64,000 nt of DNA from Podarcis filfolensis. Taxonomy: Eukaryota. Shown here piece after piece: positions 1 to 12,136 of this stretch. A model generated the notes under the pieces. That model saw nothing but the letters and a program-made list of their open reading frames with translations, was not told the origin of the DNA and searched no databases. Made by a program: the position numbers and the translations under genes. Position 1 is the first letter of the stretch. Each line of letters begins with the position of its first letter. The stretch lies in assembly GCA_964270895.1 (NCBI GenBank), contig OZ185447.1; one strand, 5' to 3'.

Positions 1-142
1 GAAGTCGTTGAAATAAGGTCTAAGAAAAAGAGGTTATGAAATTATACGTGTTTATATGTTTGTTTGTTTATGTGTTGTTAGTTGTATTGTGTTTTAATAT
101 ATGTTGGAAAATCAATAAAAATTTATTTAAAATAAAAAAAAA
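1..142 (+). mobile_element. Probable L1-type LINE 3' end with A-rich tail
   Basis: TG-rich 3' UTR-like tract, AATAAA, A-run; similar in form to the L1 end at 53.7 kb. Confidence 0.4.
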
Positions 143-473
143 ACACACACACATTTAAAATTGGCATTGGACTCCCTTCCTAATCACAGCAGGCAGATGC
201 AGTTGCTTTGTAATCTTCCTCTAGTAAGAGCTTGGCATAGTGCAGCCTCTGAAACAAACTCAGCCCCTGGCTCCCTTCTGCTGATCTGCACCAGATAAGT
301 ATTAATATTCAGGCCTCAGCTTTCCTCTGGTCTTTTCCTCACATCTCTCTTTTCAACTCATTTCCCTCTAGCTCAACTGCGAAAATTAACTCCTGACTTT
401 ATAACCTGAAGCCAATCCGAGTCTGCTATCACCCAGACCAATCAGAATGAACTTACCTAATGCACCTCCTAAT

Positions 474-590
474 CAGTGCTATTTTTCTAGAAAAAAAGAG
501 GTGCCAGAACTTGTTTTCTTAGAATGGCAATGGCACCCACCTGAGAGGTGCCAGAACTGAGTTCCGGCTGAAAAAAAGTAAGTCCTGCTC
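474..590. mobile_element. Short non-autonomous DNA-transposon-like element
   Basis: CAGTGCT...T-run start, internal repeated GAGGTGCCAGAACT, A-run end; absent from the paralogous segment near 17.2 kb. Confidence 0.45.
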
Positions 591-999
591 CTAACACATT
601 CTCCCTTTTCTCAGAGTCTGCCCCCATGTATTTACTGCTAAACAGGCTTGCAGCATAGCAATAAAGCAAAGCACAAGTCCTTGAGCTTTGACAGTCACGG
701 GAATCTCAGAATATATTTTCCTTCAAAACATATACACATAGACAATATTTCTTTACATTGTGTGGATAAAACAAAGGTCTGGAGATGTGTCCCAGGAGGC
801 ACACTTTCTTCATCCCCAAACTCTCCCATGCAATGTACAAAGGGATTTTAAAACACTTTTTATGCTGTACTACTGCAATTTATTTCGGTGAGCAGTATCT
901 TGCTCACTTAGCAGCCACATGCTTGGAAGAACTGTGCACAGTTCCCTCTGCTGTCTTTGGCCCCAGAGGACCAGCAGAAACCTTCCCAAACAAGGGACT

Positions 1000-3300
1000 T
1001 GGTTGTGATACTTGCTCACCTCCTAGCTAAGCATTAAATCTCTGGGGTTACTGAGTGAGTTACAGAGCTCAGATGTCCCACAACTGTTTCAGGGATGGTG
1101 CTGAAGGCTTGTGTGTCTTGGCTGAGTGTGCCAAGCTTTGGGGAGGCTGAGACATGACCAGCTGCTCCTCTTGGCCTTCCTGATGCCATTCATATCTCTC
1201 AGATAAGCATCCCAGACTCAATCGAGAGAATCTCCAGATAGGACTGGAATACACTTCTGGGCTGAAAGCCTTTGCCAGTCAGTTTAGGCAATACTGAGCT
1301 AGATGGACTAAGTGGTCTGACTCAGTATAAGGCTGCTTCCTGTATCCCTAGGACACCCTGAATTGCTCTCTGTGCAAAGTAATAGGCTTCTGAGCTGGGG
1401 AAATCTCAAGTGGAGTTCACCTTGAGGCACTGGGGGGAATTTGGGGGTCTTTGTAAAAGAGCCCCTATAATGAGACACTGGGGTTATGTTAAAACCCCTT
1501 GGCTCACAAAAGCTCCCTTTTGTCCATAAGAGACACAAACAGCCGAATTTGCTGCTTCATTGCTGGAGCCACCAAAAGATAGGATAAGGGCAGCATTTGG
1601 GAGTGAACCAGCTATGCTAGCTAAATTAAGGCTACAACTCCCTCTTAGTAGGCATGTAGCTTCAGAACTTTGTCTATGCAAGCGTTTTTTAGTAAGCAAC
1701 AAAGGGGCTACCAAGGGCTGGCACGTCGAGGTGCAGGTGGGGAAAGTGATATCCAATGGGTTTTTGCCAGCTATCCTCTGCAGATGTTTGGGGGCTCTGT
1801 ATGTAATCTTTGTGTGTAAATCCTATAAAAAGTCTTACTGGACAACACCCAGTGTTCAGATTTTGGGAAATTTCTCGCTGAATCAGTTAGTTTGCGCAAT
1901 CTAATAAATTCTGGGCTCTCACTCCTGAGTCTCACTGGCAAGAACCAGGAAGAACAGGTTTTTTTTACCTGCAGCAACCTGAGTTGCATGCGACTATCCC
2001 AGCTGTATGGTGGGACTGGAGGTGTGGAAAACCTCTCTGCACTTTCCCAGCTTTTGCAAAGTTAGCTTAAGGCCTATCCAAAAGCAGTGTTTTGGGGAGA
2101 GGGGTAAGGAGCACCTAGTGCTCTTCACTGGGCTGAATGGAAAGGGTGGCACATATTCCAGCTGAAGGCTGGGCTTCCATTAACTGTGGTGAAGGAAAGA
2201 AGCTGGTCGCTACCTTAGAGATTTACTGAAAGTTACTACTGAGTTCAGTAGCATTGCAGGCTGTAGTTCAGGTGCCCTCTCTGCAATCTCTGCCTTTACT
2301 GAAGCCAGGAGACACACAGCTCTCCTTGCTGAGTATTTGATTTCAAGGAGGCTGGATACCCCAGCTCTCCTACAGTCTTCCTACCAGCCCATGAGTTGGA
2401 TGGTGCCCTTCTCTGAAGCCCAACGCTTAGCTTGAAAGCTTTTTCATCCCAGCCTAGCACAGAGCTTTGGAGAAGAGAAGGGTATGACCCCAGTAGTAGT
2501 TCTTAGCCTCTGCAAATTTGCAGCTGAGTGTGGACCCAACACTTCCCAAGGTGACCACCAGCCAGAGAGATAGTTATAGCTCGGGTATAGCTGCTGTAGA
2601 TCCAAATGGCTTGTATGACCCTCCGTTGAGCACTGAGATCCTAGCAGATCCTAGGAGCTTACCCCGTGATTGTTCCCAAAGGCACGGCTGAGCTGAAGCC
2701 TTCCTGAGCTCAGCAATGAGCTTCAGAAAGACACTGGCTTCTCCCTCAACCCCTGCACTATCTGCAATAGTTTAAATAGCTTGCATTTATCCCAGCTCAG
2801 AAACCAGTTACAGAGAAGCTATGGGGATGCCGGGAGAATTACCCATCCTGCTCAGCAAAAAACCACCCAGCTCTGCTGCTATGGAGCCAAAAGATTTGGT
2901 GCATCGCAAGGTTGGATGCTTCAGAGAAGCTAGGTGGATTTTAGGATGTTCTCCATTATTTCCAAAGCCACAGCCAAGGGCACTGCCCACCTTTTCCCTA
3001 GGTGAGCACTGGGCTTTAGAGAGCCTCTGATTGCTCTCCTACAGATGCTGCTGATGTTTGAAAGGTTTGGTGCTGGACTATCAGAGCAGCTAGAAGGTTG
3101 CTAGGTGCTTCCCTTAACATTTCCAAAGCTGCAAAGGATCAGGGAGCCACCTAGATCTTGCATAATCCACCCCCAGCTGAGCACTGGATGCTAGAGAAGT
3201 TCCAACTGCTTTTCTTGCAGCAGTGCCAAGCTCAGAAGGCTGTTTTTCCAGTTACTCTCCAGTCTCTCTTATGCTCAGCAGGCAGATGGCAATAAGCAAG
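1000..3300 (-). other. Third switch-like region (AGCT-rich)
   Basis: About 23 AGCT in 2160-3240; alignable by eye to 20160-21900. Confidence 0.75.
1240..1352 (+). mobile_element. 3' part of a squamate tRNA-derived SINE
   Basis: GCCAGTCAG...CAATACTGAGCTAGATGGAC...GGTCTGACTCAGTATAAGGCTGCTTCCT tail motif recognised from lizard SINEs. Confidence 0.5.
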
Positions 3301-3376
3301 CCTTAAAGCAGGAAGCAGTAATCAATGCGAGAAACCAGAACTCAAATGGAAATACTAGTATTTATGCTCAAGCCTA

Positions 3377-3618
3377 CAGTGGTACCTCAGGTTACATACG
3401 CTTCAGGTTACATACGCTTCAGGTTACAGACTCCGCTCACCCAGAAATAGTACCTCAGGTTCAGAACTTTGCTTCAGGATGAGAACAGAAATCGTGCAGC
3501 GGCGGCGCAGCGGCATCAGGAGGCCCCATTAGCTAAAGTGGAGCTTCAGGTTAAGAACAGTTTCAGGTTAAGAACAGACCTCCAGAACGAATTAAGTTCT
3601 TAACCCAAGGTAGCACTG
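3377..3618 (+). mobile_element. Tc1/mariner (Tigger-like) MITE
   Basis: CAGTGGTACCTC...GTAGCACTG termini, TA duplication; empty site agccTAttacaa in the paralog near 21925. Confidence 0.9.
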
Positions 3619-3646
3619 TATTACAAAAAAGTTCCCTTTGACTTAC

Positions 3647-4320
3647 CCTATCAAAGGCTGCCATGAAATGGTTGAGGCAGCCAGGTTCAAGCCACCACGG
3701 TCTGTTTCTTTGGGAAAGTCATCTCTGCTGTATGAAGCCTTCAGAGTTTTCCCTAATGTTCACAGAAACTGCCCTCCAAAAGAAAATTGTAGCTTGTGAT
3801 GTCCTTGGGACTAACATGATGGCTTTAAAACAGATGCAGTACATTGTTGTGGTTGAGTGATGTCTGGGGTACGGGCTATAATTGGAATCCCAAGATGCCC
3901 ACATGAAGGTTGGCTCAGAGAGAACTTCCTCTTTCCCTATTATAGTTTGTCTTGCCTTGTTTGCTTGTTTTCAAACTTCAGAAATTTGGTTGGTGGGAAA
4001 ATCTGGCAAAACAGCCTCCCTCCATGTTCACACACCCTACCCTCTAACATTATTTATTTAAGAAATGAATAAAATCCTGATTTATCACTTGCTGAAAAGA
4101 GTTGTATAAGCAAAGTATATGTGATAAAGAAACCTACTATTCCAGAGCATTAAAAACACTGAAAGCAGATACCTCAGGCAGGACTAGGCCTCACTCCCAG
4201 AGGCCTTGAATTTATTTTTATTATCTAATTCCATATCACTTTTCAGTGCCGCCAAACACTTTCCAATTTTCATGTCATGGAACTGGGAGGGTGCAATTTT
4301 CCCCAGGTTGCTTTGGCGTC
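3647..4320 (-). promoter_or_regulatory. Putative I-region of a third constant gene lying left of the window
   Basis: Colinear paralog of 22040-23025 with donor G|GTAAGT at 3647/3646. Confidence 0.55.
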
Positions 4321-4942
4321 AAAATGCTCACACAAAGAAATCACTTCCAACTGAGCAAACTCTTTGATGCACATCACCTCCTGTACCATTCTGAGGAGTT
4401 TTAAAAAAGTCACTCCTCATGTGGAGGGAGTCCTGCCCTTGGGCAAGATGATTTTGGGTGCCATCAAAGATGGCAGAATGGCGAATGGAATGATCTGTTT
4501 CCCCGAAGTACCATTTGTGGTGACATTTCCTGTCCAAGCATAATCAGTGTTAATGGGAGCTGTTGAATTATGCTCCATGCTAATCCATCGGAGGAAAAAT
4601 ACCATTTTAGTTTGCAGTTTTCATGAATGCATGCGGCGATGGGCAGGAAAAGAGCAACGGAACTGGCACTTTCAAAGTGACGGCCTGGCACAGTGGAGGC
4701 GGGAAGTCGTGGTGAGCCCTCCGTCCCTACCCCGTGCCCTCCTGAGGCAGGGGAAGGAGGAAGAGAGAGTGTCTTAGTTCTGTCACTAACCCCTAAAAAT
4801 GACTCTGTGTGACATACCCTCCAGCATTCCTCAGATGAAAACATCCCTATTTTCATCTGAGGCATGTTGCAGAGTATGCTATGTACACAGAGACAGGCAA
4901 CATTGTGTATGTGGTCATCTAACTACACAACAGAAGACAGAA

Positions 4943-5018
4943 GACAGAAGTGCCTGGCATTCTCTGGTCCATGGGTTCACGAAGAGTCGGACACGACTAA
5001 ACGCCTAAACAACAACAA
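4943..5018 (+). mobile_element. RTE/BovB-type LINE 3' end
   Basis: GGTCCATGGG.TCACGAAGAGTCGGACACGACTAAAC...(AAC)n; matches 25720-25790. Confidence 0.8.
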
Positions 5019-5533
5019 ACTACACAACAGGTACATGTTTTCTCCATGATGGTTGTCCCAAGGTTTTTATTTTTGTTTCTCCATTTTTCTCCATTTATCT
5101 ATCCCCAGGCTTGTTCAAAAACTGGCAAAAGCTGCTCATCCAATTTGTATATTTAGGGAGACATCTGAGGCTGAGATCCTCAGTCATATACCATTGTACA
5201 CAAAAATGTTCTGAAGTCCATCTTCAACCCATTTGTTGCAGCCAACTCCTGTGTATGGCATAAAATGTATTTGCATCTAGCACCTCCAATCTCCTCTCTG
5301 AGCCCATTCATACTACAACCTCTGTTCCACTCCAAGGAGGGAGGTTTAATATATAATGTTTGGAAACATGCAGGGTTGTACAGGCTGGAAGGTGTTTTTT
5401 TTTAATGATGGGGGCATGCTCCTGATAGGTGAATAAGTTATAAATGAATTAGGGAACAGAAAGATGTGATGGCTGTCAGGAGCTTGTCCTATATTCGAGT
5501 AGGACACTGGCAGAGACACATGCCCAGCTGGCA

Positions 5534-5911
5534 TGTTCTCTCCCTCCTGGTCGATCGTTCGGGAGCTTCATTAGCTTTCTTCAGCCCGAACAGCACAGCA
5601 ACCAATGCCAACAGACACCGACACACTTAGGGATCCGCAGAGTCTTCGCAGCTTGCGTAACAGACCTCAGCAACTCAGCATTTTGGCTACTTTATTTGCA
5701 TATAAACACACACGGAGCACTGCAACATAGCTCCCTCTCTCTCTAGTATCAGACAGCAAAGAAAAAACAAAGGACAATAGTCCCACTTCACAGAACACAG
5801 TAACACAAACATCCTGTCTCCGTCACTTCCCACTTTGTGGAGTCAAAACATACACCATCATGTGAAAGACAACAATCCCATGACTGCAATCATGGAACAG
5901 GAATTCTAACA
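5534..5911 (-). mobile_element. LTR-like element (probable solo LTR)
   Basis: TGTT...AACA termini, internal AATAAA on minus strand, CpG-retaining; target-site duplication not clean. Confidence 0.55.
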
Positions 5912-5959
5912 ATGGCTGCACTTGTACCAGGCACTTCACTTCATCTTGAACCAAACAAT

Positions 5960-7080
5960 TAGTCCACAAGCAACCATGTCTTTAGCAACATTGGGAAATT
6001 TGATTCTCAACACGAATCTGACTCCAAAAAAGATGTTATCTACAAAATACTCGGTGATCTCTAATTAGGTCTGATTGATTCAACGAAGCAAGTTTGGGAG
6101 TTGGATTTGTGAATAGAGATGGAGAAAGCAGAGGAGTGTAATACGTGGGCCAAAAACGCTGCTAAGGTCTGTCTCCAGTAATATCAGAGAAAACACACTC
6201 AAAATTCTGCATTGATGGTATTTAACTCCACAAAAGGGCAGTCACATGGACCCATCCTCCTCTCCCCTGTGATGGAGTCGGTACACTCCATCAATCCCTG
6301 ACTGTATATGATAAGTGGTTGACATGTAGCAAACACCAACCATTCTGGATGAATATTTCCAAAGAAATAAATCTCACAACACAACAGACTGTGCATTGCA
6401 CACCACAGTTGGCTTTAATGAGCACCTTTATTGAGCTTTGATAACGACCTACAACACAAAGAACTAATTACATTCCTCCTTGTGGTGGCTTTGCAGCATA
6501 TTGTGCAGAAATGGAAAAATCTGGGTCATCTTCAACTCTCTCCGTGGAGACGGAACATGTGGATGGTAGCACTGATGGAGAAACTAGCTAGGTATGTTAA
6601 AGTATTAAACGTTCCTCAAGACTCAGATGACTTTATAGAAGCATGGCATCCACTCTTAACCTTTTCTAACAACAACAACAAAGGTATCTGGCATCTGCCA
6701 GCTACCCATGTTCACCTGTGGTGTACAGTGGTACCTCAGGTTACAGACGCTCCAGGTTACATACGCTTCAGGTTACAGACTCCGCTAACCCACAAATAGT
6801 ACCTCGGGTTAAGAACTTTGCTTCAGGATGAGAACAGAAATCACACGGCGAAGGCGTGGCGGCAGCGGGAGGCCCCATTAGCTAAGGTGGTACCTCAGGT
6901 TAAGAACAGTTTCAGGTTAAGAACGGACCTCCAGAATGAATTAAGTTCTTAACCCGAGGTACTGCTGTAATGCATTTTGCTGGCATTGCCGCCTGCTCCA
7001 TTATGGGGATAGGGAATTCTTTCTTTCTATTTGTTCTTGGGAAGCTCTTTTAAAAAAACTTTTCAAGAGATAAAGCTTTT
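5960..7080 (+). mobile_element. Degraded L1/Tx1 ORF2 C-terminal fragment, interrupted by a MITE
   Basis: Remnants such as LKILH.WYLTP and LITFLLVVALQHIVQKWK...W; multiple stops/frameshifts. Confidence 0.6.
6726..6967 (+). mobile_element. Tc1/mariner (Tigger-like) MITE
   Basis: Same family as 3377-3618; TA flanks. Confidence 0.9.
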
Positions 7081-7454
7081 TTTAGTTATAAAAAGGGTTT
7101 TCTTGAATAAACTGAACCCTTTCTTGCCTCTGGATGCAATGTGGGATACACTTAAAACTAGAAAAGTAGATACAGTAACAGTAATGTAAAATGTTCATAA
7201 GAAATGTAAGCTTAATGTACAACAGGAGTAAAGGCAAACATTCTGCTTGGTATATGTGGTACAATACTCTGTCTACTGCATTCAGAGTTGAAATTGCAAT
7301 ATCCTCTTTTGGGGTTTAGACTAGGTAGGCAAAAATAGCCAAAATGAAATATGACCACAACAGAGTCACAGCGATGGGTGGTATGCAATGCTAGTCCTAA
7401 ATCAGAGTAGACCCATTGGAGTTAAAAGGGATAATTGAGTTTAATTAATTTCAT

Positions 7455-7535
7455 TGTTGTTGTTGTTTAGTCGTTTAGTTGTGTCCGACTCTTCGTGACC
7501 CCATGGACGAGAGCACGCCAGGCACTTCTGTCTTC
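7455..7535 (-). mobile_element. RTE/BovB-type LINE 3' end
   Basis: Reverse complement of the 4943-5018 motif with (GTT)n. Confidence 0.8.
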
Positions 7536-7583
7536 AATTAATTTCATTAGGTCTACTTTAAGTAGTACTTAGTTGAATACAAC

Positions 7584-7614
<31 letters not shown>

Positions 7615-7931
7615 AGGAAGGCAAAATTATAGCATACATGTTTGAAGGATAAACAACCAGTCCAATAGGTCCAGTTCAAATGGAATACTGGCAGCAAAAG
7701 GCCATGCATGTCTAGTCATATATTAGTCCCATTTAGTTTGATAGGACTTGTTCCCAGATACATGATGAGACAAAGCAAGACAGAAATGTCATCTGTCCAG
7801 TCAACCTTCCCCAAAAGTGAATGGAGAAATATTAAGTCCTTGATTATGCTGCTGATGAAAGAAACTGAAAGAATATACAGTCCTTTATGTTAGGCAACTT
7901 ATTGCCCATCTTCAGATGACCCTTCACTTTG

Positions 7932-7940
7932 TTATTTCAC
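7932..7940 (-). CDS. IGHM: mu2 membrane exon M2 (VK*)
   Basis: ccaattccAG|GTG AAA TAA, same context as mu1 M2. Confidence 0.9.
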   Translation of the reverse strand: MK

Positions 7941-8315
7941 CTGGAATTGGAAAACAACCATAATTAATGTTTGCCTGTACAAAAATAAAGCCGTATAGCC
8001 CTCCACTCTTTCACAACTTGCTGTCCCATTCATCACTGCTATTTAGTGATGCAATAAAACTCTATTCCAGTAGCATGGGGAGATACTTTTATTGGGCAAT
8101 CAGAACTGGCAGGGCTCATCTTCCTCACTCACAGTTAGATGGTTAGATCTGCAGAGGGTCTATATGCAATTGCTGAAATAAAATATCCACACAGTGAGGG
8201 GGAGAGTTTAATCTACATTTCTGAAAAATAGTCCTATGTTTACATGATATACACACATGACTTGTCTAAGAATAATAGTCCTTTGACTTATATAACCCTA
8301 ACGCTTTGCAAAATA

Positions 8316-8556
8316 CAGTGGTACCTTAGTTTACAAACTTAATTCGTTCCGGAAGTCTGTTCTTAAACCAAATCCATTCTTAAACCGAGGCGTGCTTTCC
8401 CTAATGAGACCTCCTGCTGCTGGTGCCCTTCCATTGTTCAGTTTCCGTTTGTAGACCGAGGTAAAGTTTGCAAACTGGAACACTACTTCCAGTTTTGCGG
8501 AGTTCGTAAACTGAATCGTTCATAAACAGGATCGTTCTTAAACCGAGGTACCACTG
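8316..8556. mobile_element. Tc1/mariner MITE (related subfamily) in the mu2 M1-M2 intron
   Basis: CAGTGGTACC...GGTACCACTG inverted termini. Confidence 0.85.
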
Positions 8557-8707
8557 AATCATATTTTCTTGAACCTTAGCTTGGTCTCACCCCCTTGAAA
8601 ACCATTGTAGTTTCTTACCCTACCAGCTATAAGTGAGTTACTATTAGTCCTCAGTTGCAAAGCATGATCAAAGGCCTCTTGCTTCAAAACCCCCTCTTGC
8701 ATTTTAC

Positions 8708-8826
8708 CTTGATGACAGTCACGGTGACACTGTAGAAAAGGCTCACGAGGAAGAAAATGATGAAAGTGGAAAGGATGGATGACAGGCTTTCGAGCTCTTC
8801 ATCGTCGTCAGCATCTATGAACCCAT
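8708..8826 (-). CDS. IGHM: mu2 membrane exon M1
   Basis: 119 nt; DGFIDADDDEELESLSSILSTFIIFFLVSLFYSVTVTVIK; not in the ORF track, translated by hand. Confidence 0.95.
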
Positions 8827-11800
8827 CTAGGTAAGCTTTGGACAATACATGCAGGTCAGATTCTTCTGGAGTTTAGAAAGATGGGGACGTCTCAGTGTAG
8901 CGAAGTGACACAGGAGAGAAAAGTAGGTTACTTTTGCAGGGAAAACTGGGAAAGGAATGTGAAACAGGCACACTGATAAACAAGACAATTCCGTCTTTAG
9001 ACTGGGCACAATCCAATCTTGACAATGCCATGTGGCATGTGGAGTCGGGGATAGGCAGGGGAAAGAGGAGTTGATTTAGCGAAGGGATGGAATGGTGACA
9101 TGCTGCACCAAAGGGCAAAATGTTGCAAACGCTTTAGTATCTCTGCCTTTGGTTGTGCTAGCAACATGGTGCAGATTTGGCCTATATCCAACATGAGCTG
9201 AGCTCATGTTGAGGGAACTATAGCACTTTTAGGAGTTCTGCATGGCACAGCTTGCTTGCTGAAAGGTGTTAAGGAGTCCTTGCTCCAAATGATGCTCTCT
9301 AAACCACATAGAGCCCTCAGTAGCCTTGCAATAACTGACCACCCGGCCTGAATGATTTTTGTCTCGTTCATGACAGCATTGGATATTGTACTGCATTATA
9401 AGTTGCAAGCAGAGCCTATCATACTGTTTTTGGTTAAAAAAATTTTTTTTACAGTGTTTAGGATCCGTGAGTAGACAGTAATATTAAAATGCACTCTTCA
9501 GAGGGAAGAGATGTCTCAGCCTTGAGGTGCATTTTTGAGAGTTTATCTTATGAATCACACATGGGTTTCATTTGGAATTTTCCAACCAATGGTCTGCCGC
9601 AGAATATGGCTCTCCACCTTCCGAAATGATTGAATGCTTTAGCATTCTGTGCAACACTTATGAACCTACAAATTGCCTTCCAATGAGTATCTCAACTGTT
9701 GCTAGTAGTGCAGATGAGATGGAATGAGAGATAAAGTAGCTTGCCCAAAGCCACAGTATTCTTTGTAACTGGGGCAAAGGTTGAACTTACATTTATAAAT
9801 TCAGAAGTCAGCTCATTCCGTTATACTGGTGTGCTGTATCTTGTGAACATGAGTGCAGTTACTAGCCTCACCTACCCCCTGTAGATTCCTTTCAGATTTT
9901 ATCCTCAGCAAAACAAGTGCACAATCTAAACCTTTCTTTAACAGAGGCAGATGGTGGGTTTAGCGCAGTAAGGTGTCAGTAGAACAAATTACCCAAGTCA
10001 CATGCTACAGGAGAAGGCAGTTCCCACTCCAGGAGCACTAACTATCCAATTTAAGCTGTCTCCAAATATGAAAGGAAGCTGAGCATCAATAGAACCCATC
10101 TGCTGGCTGTTCCCAAAATAAATTGCATTGGGCTGCAACTCATTACCAAGAAACAATGACTGAAGTTATCAAGGTGTTCTCCATAGCCTCCACATTCTGC
10201 TGTGGACTGAGATGCTGCTCAGTTACTCCTCTGCTGTCTACATCCACCATTTCCAAGAAGGAGTGGGAAATGTTTCGGAGTGGGAAGGACAATGAAGTTT
10301 TTGTCAAACTGAAATGAAACAACTGGCTTAGTTTTGTCCTATGTGTCTCTCTTACTGTGCCTTGGGAGAGAATTAAAGAGTATTGGTGTGCAACTGGTAT
10401 TCAGAGACATATTGGCTCCAATAGCGGAGGTGGAGCACAGCCATTGTGGGTAGTAGCCATTGTCAGCCATAACAAATGCAACCATCGCATTTTTCTTTAT
10501 TTTGTACTAGTAGAGGTTTAGATTACTTCCTATCTTAATGAAGCTCTAGATCTTTTCATCACAATGGACAAAGTGATTTTTGGAAATTGCAATGCTACAT
10601 TTTTCAAGTTTTAGATGATCACGGACAAAGTGATGATCCTTTTTTTAGACATATACTCTAGCTTTGGCAAAGAAACCACAAAAATGGAATTCACTGACAC
10701 ATGAGAAACTTCTCTGATGGCATCAATGCCACCATTATCATATTGTGCATTTGGAACTTGTTAAATGTGTGCTGTGGTGAACATAAATGGAAGCATCCAG
10801 TGCCCTAGGTCCACCTAAATTGTGATTGTTTATGCACACACGTTTTATTACTTTCTTTAGTCTTTGCTTTGAGATGCAATACAAAAATAAAGATAAGATG
10901 GATCAGGGTTGCAGAATGATAAACCCGTGTGTGCTTGCAGAAACTGAAAATCACTTCTTTCTAGGCATGATATTTATAAATATTAATTTGTGCGTCAGTG
11001 TGTTGATATTAGAAGAAATCTGCTATCATTTTATATTAATTTTTTGTGCTTATGGAAATGTTTTTGCAATGTCATTGCTATGTGAGAAAGACAGGAGCAC
11101 TTCCAGCTGTTCTAGTGGGAAGGCTGTTCCTTGTCTGTGCAATTTGTTGGCTACTTCCACAAAATGTCATTAGCATTGAAATGCTACCCTAACCCCTCCT
11201 TTAAAAAGGATTTACCTTTAACTTTTTGAAAAAACAACAACCCACTAAGTTAAAAAAGTGTTGCCAAAATTGGTGTTTTTGTGTTGGTGTTAAGCCCCCT
11301 TTTCAAAGCACCTGCGATGTGTGGACATAGGGTTCCCTCTGAAGAGCCATCAAAGATGTCAATTTGCTTTTACAACCACACTTTTAAAAGCAACACGCAA
11401 GACATGTCATGAAACACTCTCTGCATGGTCCTGAGCAGCTTCTTTTGGTTCTTTAGGGGAATTTTACACTGAAACATCATTGGATTGCTCTAAATTAAAC
11501 AACGACGTCAGCACCATTATATATCCTTAGGAGTGAAATAATAAATGTGTGGTCCTAGACACCTAAAACAGATATTCTCCGCCCCACATGGAGGAATTAT
11601 TCATTTTGAAGAAAGACTACAGTGACGTTTGTGTTTGTGGAGAAGAGAAAGTAATGGGAGACAAAGCTATAAGAGTAAAAGCCAAAGAGCTAGCAAGGGA
11701 AAGGTATGGTGAGGTTGACAAATCTGATACTTGCAATGCAATACACAAGGGAAGGCTGGGTGTCTAACTGGGTGTTTAATGTCTAATGCTTTTATCATCC

Positions 11801-11950
11801 CTTGAAAATTCCAGATCATAGCTGAGAAAATGCTGCGAGTGGAAGCTTTATATCCCATCATAATGCTTGTATCCTGAAAATTATTTTTTTTTATCCTTTT
11901 ATCGGAATTTCCAACAACAATCCAGATTTGTCTCCTTGTATTAAACTTTC

Positions 11951-11974
11951 TTTATTTCAAACTATTGTTTTATT
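11951..11974 (-). terminator. Poly(A) signals of secreted mu2 mRNA
   Basis: AATAAA on minus strand at 11969-11974 and 11951-11956, within a 3' UTR alignable to that of mu1. Confidence 0.7.
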
Positions 11975-12136
11975 TCAGAAAGATGTGGCCAGTTAATTCT
12001 ACATCATTTAGGGCACATCACCCCTCTTTTCCCCCACAAGAAAGGCCAATAATTAAACAAATGGAGACACAAGGAAAATAGATGCTGGTAGAATTAGGGA
12101 GATGTGAAAGATATGCAGGAGGCTTGACAAGAATGG

